A stretch of 64,000 nucleotides of DNA, from assembly GCF_036971445.1 (NCBI RefSeq), contig NC_091470.1:53568001-53632000 (forward strand), read 5' to 3'. The notes under the pieces are model-generated. The model made no database searches and was not told the origin of the DNA. It saw only the letters and a program-made list of their open reading frames with translations. This document shows positions 23,366 to 36,252 of this stretch, one piece after another (position 1 is the stretch's first letter; each line of letters opens with the position of its first letter). The DNA comes from Narcine bancroftii (Eukaryota). A program made the position numbers and the translations under genes.

Positions 23366-26160
23366 TGATAAAGTGTTGCTCCACCCTCACTGTGCACCTT
23401 CAAAGTAAAGTAACCTGCAAGCGTCTTGTGGTCCCATTTCACTCAGCAGAAGGCATCTGCTTTGGAGCTCATTAATATTTGAAGTGCAACAAGTTGCAAT
23501 GAAATTAGGATCATTGCATTTAAACGGAACTGGATATTTACCATGTTCGCAATTATTAAAGGATGATCTATTTAGCCAAGAGTGAAGTCGATCAACAATC
23601 AACCTTTAATCAAAGTAAACATGCACGAATTAGTAGGATCAATCTTTCTACGTGATCTTTCTTCCTTCCTTACTGCATTTCAACGATGCTGTAACATTTT
23701 TCATGGCATGACCGTGACTTAAATTAATTTTGCAAATCTGCCCAACGTGTCATTCTGCTGGTTGTTTCTGGGGACAGTTAACTTGTTCTCATTCTTAGCC
23801 AGGGCATTGTATTTCCCAGGTATAATTTCTATCAGGTCGAAGAGCACAATCTCATTGATAAATGAAGGTTAATTCAGCCAAACAGAGTAGAAGATGCATT
23901 TTTGGACTCTCATTTGTTTCCACAAATGCAGAGATGGTACAAAATAGAAAATGCAACAAAATATTCCAATCTACTGTCATCAAACATGTAAATGGTGCCT
24001 CCAATTTACTACTTTCCAGGAATTTCCCTTCAGGAAATGTAATTGTTTGTTTCAGGAAGGCATTCATTTATTTAGAAGAAAGCCTTTTTATCTTTACAAC
24101 AAGATAGTTCTGCATTTTTCAGAAACTCAGACCATGACTGTTACTGTGGTTTAAAAGTGAGCAAATTTGCTAGGCAACAGTATCTTCTGAACAAGTCCGA
24201 TTTCAGGGTCATCCCAATGCCTTTTTTACTCACACTTCTGCAACATCAGGCCAATAGTTCTTGACCCAGTCCATGCCTCGTGTTTCTCACCCACCCACCT
24301 CCAACAGTTGCAGTAATATCTTACAGCCCACAGGCTTAAATCACCCCTGGAGTATGGCGGTCCATGAGCAGAAATCAGGCTTCAGGTAATGGATTCCAAA
24401 GCGAACACCCAGACAATCCTGATAAACTTTGCTAGGTGCATGGAAAGATTTTAAAACTGTTTCCGTGTTTCTGACAGGTTTAGATACATTTTGAAAGAGT
24501 TGGAGTAGAATTAAACAATAAATGTATTTGAAAACATAATTAACTGATGGAACTCAATTAAAACATTTAAATTAATTTTAAAAGACAATTAAACATGTTA
24601 TCTTCACTTACAGTAGGTTTGCATACCTTTCAAATGATATGCACTCCACATTGTGAAGCTGATGTAATGAATACAAAACTCCACCCCTGGACTACCTCCA
24701 AGCTGAAGACTGAGGTGAAGTGGAAATCGATAGGGGTGCTCTTCAATTGTCAGCCCAACAGAGAATATTCTGTAGTTTTGATTCACACTAATCAAGTCAA
24801 GACACAAGATGTCAAGGATATGATCTTACAACTTACACTATGAGATGGCGTATAAGCTATACATATATAATACACCTTGGGTGCTGTACCACAAAGCTTT
24901 ATTTTCACCTATTCTACTTTGAAGATGACCAGATCTGCTGAAAAAATGTTCCAAGCTCTTTAACAAATGCATCAGAATTTAATATTATCATTTTCTGGTC
25001 AAAAATAGAAGAATCAGTGGGGGGTGGGGTGGGGGGATTATCACATGATGTAGAGGAGGAAGGAGGTGGCCTCCCGAAGCTCCTGGGAACTTTTTAAAAA
25101 AAGGAAAAATAGTCTACAAGAACCTAAATAGGAAGAAAAGGAAGAACTTACCTTTAAGGTAAAGATGTTCAAGAAAAATCAGCAATCGCCAGTGATCTTA
25201 ATCTCCCAGCGAGGTGGATTTTTTTTAACAGAGGATGGGCTAACTACAAGAAAAAACCAGGGGTTATAGCCCAACCTGCCCCCCACCCCCCCCTCCCGCC
25301 ATCCCGTGCAGATAGGCTGACATTTTGGAGGAACGGTGGAGTGCCAAGAGACACTCTGGAAGAAGAAAGCAGGAGACTGAGCATGCGCCCTGTTGTGGAC
25401 ATGCACAATGTGCAGGATCACTGACAGAAGGGACTCTTTCTCAAAATGGCAATTTTGAAGACGATCAAAGAATAGGAGATGAAGATGAACTGGTAAATGT
25501 TAAATAAGAGAATAAGGCTAAGAAAGTTATAGTACAAATTAAAGAAAAATTAAGATATAATGAAAGTGCTTTTAATTAAAGATCAAAATACAAATAAGAA
25601 ATTGGATCATATTTTAAAAGTTGTGACCAGATTAGAGGTAGAATTTAGGACTTTAAATGAAAGAATGACTGAAATGGAAAGAGTGGTCAATGTGGAAAAG
25701 GAATTAAATGAACTGGCCACAGAAAAAGCAAAAATATGGGAAAAGATGGATTCTTTAGAAAATGTTAGCAGACGTAATAACATTAAAATACTGGGACTCA
25801 AAGAGAAAGAGAGGAGGGAGTAAACCCCCTATCCACTTCTTTCAAGTTCTGGGACCACAAAATGTCAGAACTGATGGAGAAAATGAAAAGGTATACAGAT
25901 CTCCTTCTCCCATCCGGGACGGGATCAAAAACCACACTCTATACTAATTTTATGCATAAAATTCAAAGATTGCAAAAGAATATTAAGAGCAGCAGTAAAG
26001 AAGACCAAGGAAAAAGAACCTCTTGAAATTGAAGGTAAAAAAACCTATTTCTATCCACACATTAGCGCTGTACTTTTTATAGCGCAGACAGGAATTTAAT
26101 CCAATGAAAAGAATCTTTCGAAAAAAAAGGTTACAACTCTGTGTTGCGTCAACCAGCTAC

Positions 26161-26970
26161 GGAACTATGAGAAATGCAATAAACACGAGGTTATGCATGA
26201 TACAATATAATTGGTTACATCACGCCCCAAAAGTTAAATAAATGGGACCCAACAGTATCAGACAGATGTTTTCACTGTAAGAAGGAAACAGGAACAGCAG
26301 TACATGCAATTTGGGTGTGTGAGAAAGTGGAAAAGTTTTGGGAAGATCTAAATCAGGTATTAAATAAAATCACAAAAAGCAACATACTAAAAAATCCAGA
26401 GATCTTTCTTCTAAGTAATATAAGAAGTAAAGAACTTGGACTCGATTTGGATGGAGCACAAAAAAGATTTATTATGATAGCCTTAGCTGTAGCAAAAAAA
26501 TGTATTATGTCAACCTGGAAATTAGAAGATAGCCTGAGAATACAACAATGGTACATAGAAATGAATAAATGTATTCCATTGGAAAAAATAACATATAATT
26601 TAAGAAATAACATCACAGTATTCGAACAAATTTGGGAACCGTACATGGAACACAACAGAGAAGTCCTACCGCAGACCTTCACCACCTAAAATGACAGAAG
26701 GAGAAGAAGGCGAAATGAACTGACCCAGTATGTAAAAGTAGATGACACAAATTTCTTGTTTAGTTTCATTGTGTGATGACATTGTTTAATGGGTTTAATG
26801 TATCGTATATGTTGAACGTTTAGTGGGTGGGGAGGGGGGTGGGAAGGAGGGAGGGAAGGGAGGGGGAAAAGGGGGAGAAAATGACACTGTGTATATTCAA
26901 GAGGGAAATGTTTATGTGTATTTTGGTCAATATGGTTCATAGTGTGAAAAATAAAAAAGTTTTTAAAAAA
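26161..26970 (+). mobile_element. Young L1 3' fragment
   Basis: CFHCKKETGTAVHAIWVCEKVEKFW..IPLEKITY..IWEPY, G-rich 3'UTR, AATAAA, A tail; TSD ACCAGCTAC. Confidence 0.9.
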
Positions 26971-26990
26971 CCAGCTACTTTGAAAATCTT

Positions 26991-28779
26991 ATTTTTTTTT
27001 CAACTCTTTATAAGACAACATTCCTACAACATTCAACATTTTCCTTATTCTCCTATTTATATCTTCTTTATCCCCAATCTCCCCTTCCCCTCCTGAGTTG
27101 TCCTTTATCCCTTGTCGGACAACCACATCTCCCCTCTCCATTTGGGTTTGCGAATCCACTCGCAAGCGTCAACTGATTTTGCAGTGACCGCTATTTCCCC
27201 CCACCCAGCACCCCCCAGAAAAGATTTCACTTTTCATATGTAACAAAGGTCACTCTTTTAATTCCCTCCTTATTCTCTCTATTCCATTACCTTCCCTTAT
27301 TAATTCTTGTCTATACATCTATATTTTCCTCTAAGTACAGATACATTCACGTATGCACATTGTATCTATTCACTCTTATACCTCTTTACCCACCTACATA
27401 TCCATCGTGATCATTTTTACTCTCATTACCCGTCTTCATCCCTCAGTCTATTTTTGTAATTGTTCTGCAAATTTTCGTGCTTCTTCTGGGTCCGAGAATA
27501 GTCTGTTTTGTTGTCCTGGAATAAATATTTTCAATACCGCTGGATGCTTTAGTATAAATTTATACCCTTTCTTCCATAAAATCGGCTTTGCGGTATTGAA
27601 CTCCTTTCTCTTCTTTAGGAGTTCAAAACTTATATCTGGATAAATGAAGATTTTTTGCCCTTTATACTCCAGTGGTTTGTTGCCCTCTCTTACTTTTTCC
27701 ATTGTCTTCTCCAGTACCTTTTCTCTTGTAGTATATCTTAGGAATTTTACTAAAATAGATCTTGGTTTTTGTTGTGGTTGTGGTTTAGAGGCCAATGCTC
27801 TATGTGCCCTTTCTATTTCCATTTCTTGCTGTAGTTCTGGACATCCTAGGGTCTTAGGGATCCAATCTTTTATAAATTCCCTCATATTCTTGCCTTCTTC
27901 ATCTTCCTTAAGGCCCACTATCTTTATGTTATTTCTTCTGTTATAATTTTCCATTATATCTATTTTTTGAGCTAACAGTTCTTGTGTCTCTATCGCTTTT
28001 TTATTAGATTCCTCCAATTTCTTTTTTAAGTCCTCTACCTCCATTTCTGCTGCTACTGCCCACTCTTCCATCTTGTCCATTTTCTTTCCCATTTCTGTTA
28101 AGGTCATATCTATTTTATTCATTTTCTCTTCTGTGTTGTTTATTCTTCTTCTTAAATCATTAAATTCCTGTGTTTGCCATTCTTTAAATGACTCCATGTA
28201 TCCTTTAATAAGAGAAAGTAAATCCTTTATCTTGCCTTTCCCTTCTTCTTCTATTTCACTGTACTCTTCCTCTTCCTCTTCTTCTTCCTCTGGGTTGGCC
28301 ATCTGTTGTTTCTTTGTTGCCCTTTTCTTCTCTTCTTTCTTGTTTCCATTGTCTTCTGTGTTCTCTTCTTGCTGCAGGTGTTCTGCAGCTGTCGTTGCCG
28401 GCTGTGGAGATCGACTCCCCAGCTGGTCCCCCCTCCCGTCGGTGTGTTTTTTTTCATGCGCGGTTGCGCACTTTTACTCGGCTCAGCGAGCCATTTTTGT
28501 AGTTCACTATCTACCGACCTGAGGGAGCGGGTTTCTCTCTCCACCGCGGGCCTCTTCGAACAGGTAAGGCCTTCTCCTTCTTCCTCCATTGTCTTCTCTT
28601 CCTCTCTTCTTACCGTTGCTTTCGATTTTTCTTTTTTTGTCACCATCTTCTTTCCACCTTTATACTCACTTTTCTTTAACTTTTATTTCTGTGCCTTTGT
28701 GTTTTCCTTTGTTTTTCCCGACTTTTCTGGAGAGGGCTGGAGTTCACCGTCCGGCCACTACTCCATCACGTGACTCCTC
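26991..28779 (-). mobile_element. Young L1 5' half (5'UTR, intact ORF1, spacer, short poly(A))
   Basis: 5' end gaggagtcacgtgatggag; A9 tract at 26992-27000; flanked by ACCA(G)CTACTTTGAAAATCTT at 26970-26990 and 28780-28799. Confidence 0.9.
27448..28302 (-). CDS. L1 ORF1p (Transposase_22-type coiled-coil/RRM/CTD), 284 aa, intact
   Basis: ENYNRRNNIKIVGLKE, EIERAHR, PRSILVKFLRY, IFIYPDIS, HPAVLKI, FSDPEEA. Confidence 0.9.
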   Translation of the reverse strand: MANPEEEEEEEEEYSEIEEEGKGKIKDLLSLIKGYMESFKEWQTQEFNDLRRRINNTEEKMNKIDMTLTEMGKKMDKMEEWAVAAEMEVEDLKKKLEESNKKAIETQELLAQKIDIMENYNRRNNIKIVGLKEDEEGKNMREFIKDWIPKTLGCPELQQEMEIERAHRALASKPQPQQKPRSILVKFLRYTTREKVLEKTMEKVREGNKPLEYKGQKIFIYPDISFELLKKRKEFNTAKPILWKKGYKFILKHPAVLKIFIPGQQNRLFSDPEEARKFAEQLQK

Positions 28780-30661
28780 ACCACTACTTTGAAAATCTTG
28801 ATGCCAAATGGGCAAACTATGTTTATTATTGACATTAAACTTGCAAAGAACTTTGTAAATGAGCTACCATCTCTGAAGAAAATTCGAAGAAAATGAGAGA
28901 ACTTCTTTGAAGTTGACATTTTTAAAGCTGAATAATGATATTTTATCTTCCTATGTTATCTATAACTGTTGGATATTAATCCTTTGGAAAAAGTAAAATT
29001 TTCTTGAAATTGTTTTACTGGGGAGTTGGGGGGGCAGGAGTGGCTGGAGGGTCTATCCAGAATCTATACATACGTGTTTAATGAGTTTTCTCATTACCTG
29101 TATAATAGAGGGAGGTGGTATTTAGTATATTTTACACTAAGGGTGGGTCTTACCATTTAGTAATGATATTTTTCTGTTTCTCTTTCGTTTTTCATACTTT
29201 TATCTTGAGAAGTGTCGATTGTGCTGAGTCCTGTCTTGAAGGAAGGGAAATAGGTGTGTGAAGGGAGTGTGGTGTGGGGGGAACAGAAAGATAGATTTTA
29301 AAACTTAAGAATTTTTTCTCCTCATGGAATTTATATATTTACTCAGACATTTAATTATAAAATTTTAAGGAATGTAATTAATATGAGATGTAATATTATA
29401 AAACTAAATATTATGATGATAAGTGATATAATGATTAATATGAGATGTAATATTGTAAAATTAAGCGTACTAATGATAAGAAATAGAATGTGATCTGACA
29501 ACAGTGTTGTAATTTTAACTTGGTCTTTTATATTCATGAAATTCATACTGATGCCCTCTGGACCTGGTAAAGTCAAGAAAAAAATAGCTTCCTCTTGTTT
29601 GGAGACATTTCTTCATTTTTATTTCTTTGTTCTTTTTTGATTTTTTTGGGGGGGAGGGGATTTCTTATTTTACTTTTCTCCTTTTTCTATTGGGGGGAGG
29701 AGATTAGATTTAGGATTTTAAAAGCCATCATGTAATATGATTATATATCAATATATTGTATATGAACTTTGAATGTGAATGCATGTGTGACTTGAAAAAT
29801 TCAAAATAAAATCTTCAAAAAAAACAACAGAAGAATCCCTTTTATTTCTATATAACTGATTCTTAATCAAAAAGATGTGGGGAGACTAAGAGTTGATTCA
29901 TATGAAAGCAGATTTGCAGAAAATTGTCTCCCAATAATTTAAAGAGGTGAGTTTTACAAGAATGGAATTCCTGAAATTTATGGGACGTGTTTTTTTTCAA
30001 ATAATTTGACCCATCTCTGAATTCATCTATTTCTCTGGTATGAGGAGATTGATTATGGGATATAAATAAAAAGATTGAAGTGTAAGGTATCAATATCACA
30101 AACCCCACTGACTTCAGCAACAATAGGGTGTGTCAAATGCTTATCTGGATGTGCTCATACCTGACTCAGTGTTGTGGCCATGATCATTGTGTACGAACCC
30201 TTAATGTTGCACTGCTTTCCAATGGTTGCTTAGAAACAATCACAACCCAAGATGATGACTTCTCTCAACCATGCAATCTCAGCAATTGAACACTCCAAGC
30301 TGCTCACGTGATTTTGACCTCACTTCAAGTGCCTCAACACTTTGAAAAGGTTCCTGCCTCGAAAAGGTATAAAGAATTTACATTGTCTGTTCCATGGCAG
30401 TGGCAGTTTTCAACCTTTCCCAAAAAAAAATTGCATTTTCTGTGCCTGAAGTGGTTTGACATACAGAAAGAGCTCATGAATATTTCATCCTATCTGGATG
30501 TCAGTCAGACATGCCCATTTTTTAGCTTTAAGACCATGAGATTGAGAGAATTGTGTGTGATTTGTTTACTTGAGGGCAAAAATAGGTCAATAACTGAGAG
30601 CCAGACCAACACATGGAGTGAAAGGAGTGATTTTTCTAGTCAGGCAACAATGAGGAATTAA

Positions 30662-31047
30662 GAAGTAAACAACAAAAATCTGTGGATACCGCGGGTGAAG
30701 TAAAAGCACAAAATGCTGGAGAAGCTCAGCAGGTCAAACAGAGACTTTTATATAACAAAGATAAAGATACAGAACCGACATTTTGGGCTTGAGCCCTTCA
30801 CCAAAGTATGAATAAATGTCGTCAAGTGTCCGAACAAAAGATTGAGGGGGTGGGGAAGGGGGGGGTGGCAAAAGCAGGAGATAATATGTGGAGAAAGGAG
30901 GGAGGGCACAGCAGTAATGAGGGAGAGCAGGGACACCTGGGTGGGTGGAAGAACTGGAAAGTCAGGAAAGGGGGATGGGAAAGAAAAGGCGAGCTGGTTT
31001 AGTGGAAAGCAGTAAAGTCAATGATCATGTCATCTGGCTGGAGAGTG
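30662..31047 (-). mobile_element. Penelope-like element terminal fragment
   Basis: Reverse-complement similarity to 8090-8435 (aaatgctggagaagctcagcaggtcaaacag...). Confidence 0.7.
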
Positions 31048-34000
31048 TGTGGTGGTACACCACTGGCCTACTGCAGGGGGCAACCTCTGTACCTGCAGGA
31101 GTGTAAGGGGACAGGACAACACCTGGCCGGCTGTCAATCAGTCAGCTTGAATGGAACAAGCCCCACCTGGTTGGGTGTCAATCACCCACCAGGATATGTC
31201 TGTGCCGGCCTTCTGAAGCCCTACGACGGTCACAGAGACCCCGGCGGCCGCTGGATCTTCTCAATTTGTAAATATTGTACGTTGTATAATGGGTACGATT
31301 CCTTGAAACTGCCCCCACCCACCTTCCCTGGGACAATTTTAAAGAAGGAGGTGAATGTGGTGGTACACCACTGGCCTACTGCAGGGGCCAACATTTGTAC
31401 CTACGGGAGTGTAAGGGGACAGGAAAACACCTCACTGGCTGTCAATCAGTCAGCCTGAATGGATCAAGCTCCGATCGGTGTCAATCACCCTCTGGGATAT
31501 AAGCCTGCGCCGGCCTCCCGAAGCCTCACTCAGAGTTACTCCAGGTACAGCCAGCCTGGCTCTGTGGAAGTCTTGGTGGATTAAAGCCTGTTGTACTCTG
31601 TGTCTGATTCTGGCTAACAGTGCACCACAATTTAATCCACAAAATTTTCCCATGGCTGCCATGGAAAAACTCTTGAGCGCAGCAAGCCTCAAAGTCGACC
31701 CACGCCACCCAGAAGCCCAGATGCGCTTTGAAATCTGGCAGCACACGGTCAAGGCAATCATCAAGGCACACGAAGGCAGCATCCTGGACTCAGATCGGAA
31801 GAGGTTGGTCCTACTCCGGTCAAAGCTGGGTCCCCATGCCTTCCAGGCAACCAAAGGCTGCTCCACGTACAAGAGCGCAATGGACACTCTCGAGAACCCA
31901 TGAATGCTGTATTTTCAAGGTACCTCTTCAATACCCAAGCCCAGCAACCCGGGGAGACGGCTGAGTCTTACCTGGGACACTTGCGAGAGTTGGCCCGACT
32001 GTGTCTGGCTGAACCCAAGGTAGGTGCATAGGAGGTTGAGAGTCTGATCCAGGACGTCTTCATCCGAGGGCTGCGCTCGAGGGCCATCCAGCAGAAGCTG
32101 CTGGAAGACAATATCTATGCCCTAACCAAGACTGTGGAAGTGGTCCAAACCCTGGAAGCAGCAGCCCTGCACATTGTAGCCTTCGATTCCAGGTTCCCCC
32201 AGACTCCCTCATGGGCCTCTCACACTGCAGCTGCAGCCCCAGGCCGAGCTGGGGAGGAGAACGTCGCTACACCAGGTGCCCGGCACCCTTGTAAGTATTG
32301 TGGGTCAGATTGATGATCGCACCAAAACTGTCCAGCTAGGAACCAGTATTGTTCCCAATGTGGCAAGAAAGGCCACTTTGCAAAGTGTGCCTCTCAAAAC
32401 CACCCGACAGCTCAGAGGCCCTCCACGTGTGCGTGCCAGGCAGCGCCATTATCCCCTCAATGACTTCCGCCTTCCCCGACTTTGCGGTGCAATATCTTGC
32501 CCCGCCAGCGACTGTCACAATGTGTGCCCCAAGCACCTGCACCAGCCCCCTCACTCACCAACGTCACGCGCCAAGAAACTACAATGATGTCACTTCCGGC
32601 CCACAGTGTGTCATCATTTCCAGCTGATATAATGACATCACTGCTGCTGGCCGCGATGACGTAAATTCCCCCGATGCAACAGATAATGCTGGGGAAGGAG
32701 GCCAGCCACGCAGTGGGCCCCCACGTGCCGCTGCTATCTTGGGCCAGGTAGCGGCCGACACGGAGGGCCCCAACGACGTTGAGAATTACGTGGTCATCAA
32801 GGGCGATGACCAGGCTGCCTTATCGACACTCCCCATGCCTCCGGGTGCCATCAGCTGCTGCTTGCCGCACCAAGTGACCATCGTCGACGTGGTTAACACG
32901 AGCGATGACCAGACTGCCCTACTGACGCTCCCCACACCTCCGGATGCCATAAATCACTGCGCATAGCTGGAGAGCGATGACTCCAACTCTGAGATGGTCC
33001 TGGCCACCACCACTCTGACCAGGGACATCCCTCATGACCTTGGGCGCGCGATGATGGATGTGCAAGTCAACGGTCAGGTAATGAAGTGCATGTTCAACAG
33101 TGGCAGCACTGAGAGCTTCATTCACTGGAGCACGTCCCACTCCCTGAGGTTAAAAATCCACCCCACCACCTGCTCGATCGCCCTCGCCGCCAAGGATAAG
33201 ACTGTTGGTTCCCTCGGGGGCTGCTCGGCTGATATAACTGTGAGAGGGGAAACTTACACAGGGTTCAGGCTCCTGGTCATGCCCAAACTCTGTGCCCCAA
33301 TCCTCCTGGGACTAGATTTCCAGTACCACCTGCAGAGTGTCACCCTTGCCTACGGAAGCGGGGGGGGGGGGTGGAGGCCCCAACCTCCACTCACATTACA
33401 CAGCATGCCAACCTACTAGCCCCGGCCAACCTGTGACCTCTCCACACTGTGCATCACCCCACTGGCGCTCTTCTCACATCTTGCACTGGGCTGCAAGCTG
33501 ATCGTCTCCAGAAGTGAACACTATTGCGCCGCAGACAGAGACTTCATCAAGGCGGAGATGCGGCAACTCCTGGCGCAAGGCATCATAGAGCCCAGTAACA
33601 GTCCTGGTGGTCAAAGGGGCAATTAAGCAGAGGATGGTTGTGGATTACAGCCAGACCATTAACCGGTACACCCAGCTAGATGCCTACCCCCTGCCGAGGA
33701 TCGCCGATATGGTCAACGAGATAGCCTGTACCAGGTTTTCTCCATGATTGAACTGAAGTCGGTGTATCACCAAATCCCCATCCACCAGAAGGACAAGCCT
33801 TACACTGCCTTTGAGGCAGAAGTACCAGTTCTACCGAGTTCCCTTTGGGGTCATGAACGGGATCTTCTTTTTCCATCGGGAGATGGATCGCATGGTAGAC
33901 AAGCACAAGCTGAAGGTGATGTTCCGTATCTGGATAACATCACTATCTGCAGCCGTGACAAGCAGGACCATGATGCTAACCTGGAAAAGTTTCTCCAGAC

Positions 34001-36252
34001 GGCCGGGGAGCTGAACCTCACTTAGGACAAGGAGAAGTGTGTGTTTAGCACCACCCGCCTCACCATCCTGGGGTTCATCATGGCCCATGGAGTCATCGGC
34101 CCAGATCCAGAAAGGATGCACCCATTAATGGAGTTACCCCTCCCCCCAACGCTAAAGGCCCTCTGCAGGTGCCTTGGCCTGTTCTCTTATTACTCGCAGT
34201 GGGTCCCTCACTTCTCAGACAAGGTCTGCCAACTGGCCTGTTACAACTTTTCTTCTCCCACCCGAGGCGCAGGCAGCCTTCATCCACATCAGGCAAGACC
34301 GCGGATGCCATGATGCAGGCTGTGGATGAGGACTTCCCCTTCCAGGTGGAGAGAGCGATGCCTCCGAGGTGGCCCTCGCTGCTACCCTCAACCAAGGGGG
34401 GCTGCCCTGTTACTTTCTTCTCTAGGACCCTCCACGGCTCCAAGCTAGGGCACTCCGCCATTGAAAAGGATGCCCAGGCAATTGTGGAAGCGGTCCGCCA
34501 CTGGCGCCACTACCTGGCTGGCAGGAGATTCACCCTCCTCATGGACCAGCGGGTCGTGGCGTTCATGTTTAACACTACCCACAAGAGCAAGATCAAGAAC
34601 AACAGGATTCTGCAGTGGAGAGTCGAGCTGGCAACCTACAGCTACAACATCCAGTACCGCCCCGGGAAGTTTAACAACTACCCTGATGCCCTCTCTTGCA
34701 CCTGCGTATCTATTCATGATGACAGGCTGCAGGCATTGCATGAGTCCCTCTGACATCCGGGTGTCACCAGGTTGTACCATTTCATTAAGTCCCGAAACCT
34801 GCCGTTCACCATCAGGGACGTCAGGGACATGACCGAGGCCTGTCGGGTCTGCGTGGAGTGTAAACCCCACTTCTTCCACCCACCCCAGGCCCATATTGTG
34901 AAGGCTACGGCCTTTCGAGCGTCTTGGCATGGGCTTCAAAGGGCCCCTGCCTTCCATGAACCGAAACGTCTACTTCCTCATGGTAGTGGACGAGTACTCA
35001 TGCTTCCCTTTCGCTATCCCTTGCCCGGACACCTCCACAGCCACCATCATCAGGGCCCTGGGGCAGATTTTCACCATGTTTGGCTACCCCACCATCATCC
35101 ACAGCATCCGGGGGTCTAGTTTCATGAGTGACGAGCTGCACCAGTAACTGACGGCGAGGGGAATCATGACCAGTCGCGTGATGAGCTATAACCCGAGAGG
35201 CAATATGTAAGTGGAACGCGAGAACGGGGTGGTCTGGAAGGCAGTCCTCCTGGCTCTCAGGTCGAAAGGGTGGGCCGTTGAGTACTGGCAGGATGCCCTG
35301 CCCGAGGCACTCCATGCCATTTGGTCGCTGCTGTGCACAGCTACCAATGAGACCCCTCACGAATATCTGTTCTCATTTCCCAGGAGGTCAGCGACTGGAA
35401 TGTCTCTTCCAGCATGGATCATGTCCCCAGGATCAGTGCTTCTGCGTAAGCATGTACGGACACACAAGGCCAAAGCTCTGGTCAAGCAGGTCTTCCTTCT
35501 ACTTGCAAATCACAATTACACCTATGTTAGGTTCGGCAGTGGCAGGGAGGACTCCATCTCAACCAGGGACCTGGCACCAGCAGGAGCACCCACCACACCA
35601 CGCCACCCTCCAGCCCAGGACGACGCTGACCAGGCATACATCCCCGTCCCCAGGCAGCTATGGGTCACGCAGGACCTCCTTGACCACCAGCTAGGGAGAT
35701 GAACCCGCATCCCCCCCACCCATCCAACACAACCCTCATACGTCAACCCCGGCCCCTCCAAGTGACACCACACAAGCCACATAGACCCCTGCCGCCAGCC
35801 CCCCCACTTCCCATCCGAACAGTGACTAGAAGCCAGTCCTACAACGGTCACAGAGACCCCAGCAGCCACTGGATCGTCTCAACCTGTAAATGTTATATGT
35901 ATATAATGGGTGCGATTCCTTGTTTCTGCTCCCCACTTCCGGGACAATTTTAAAGAAGGGGGTGAATGTGGTGGTACACCACCGGCCTACTACAGGGAGT
36001 AACCTCTGCACCTGCAGAAGTGTAAGGGGACAGGTAACACCTGTCAATCAGTCTGCCTGAAGGGATCAATCCCCACCTGGTCGGGTGTCAATCACCCTCC
36101 GGGATATAAGCCTTCGCCGGCCTCCTGAAGCTCACTCAGAGTTACTGCAGCTACAGCCAGCCTGGCTCTGTGGAAGTCTTTGTGGATTGATTAAAGCCTG
36201 TTGTACAGTCTTTACCTTGTGTGAGTCTGATTCTGGCTGACAGTGCACCACA
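31048..36252 (+). mobile_element. Ty3/Gypsy LTR retrotransposon with three LTRs, decayed
   Basis: Partial LTR 31048-31220, full LTRs 31356-31629 and 35967-36252 (TGTGG..CCACA); PPT aaagaagggggtgaa; no TSD. Confidence 0.93.
31651..35890 (+). pseudogene. Gypsy gag-pol remnant
   Basis: CSQCGKKGHFAKVC knuckle; protease FNSGSTESFI..ILLGLDF; RT LDAYPLPRI, YLDNITI; RNase H AIVEAVRHWRHYL; integrase HPGVTR, VVDEYS, ERENG. Confidence 0.9.

Larger units (their letters stand above)
25016..29828 (+). mobile_element. Older ORF1-only L1 derivative (HAL1-like), about 2.2 kb without its nested inserts
   Basis: TSD AGAAGAATC at 25007-25015 and 29829-29837; decayed ORF1 (DSLENVSRRNNIKILGL..LRQPATLKILMP); AATAAA and A tail near 29805-29824; no ORF2 motifs seen. 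Confidence 0.7.
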
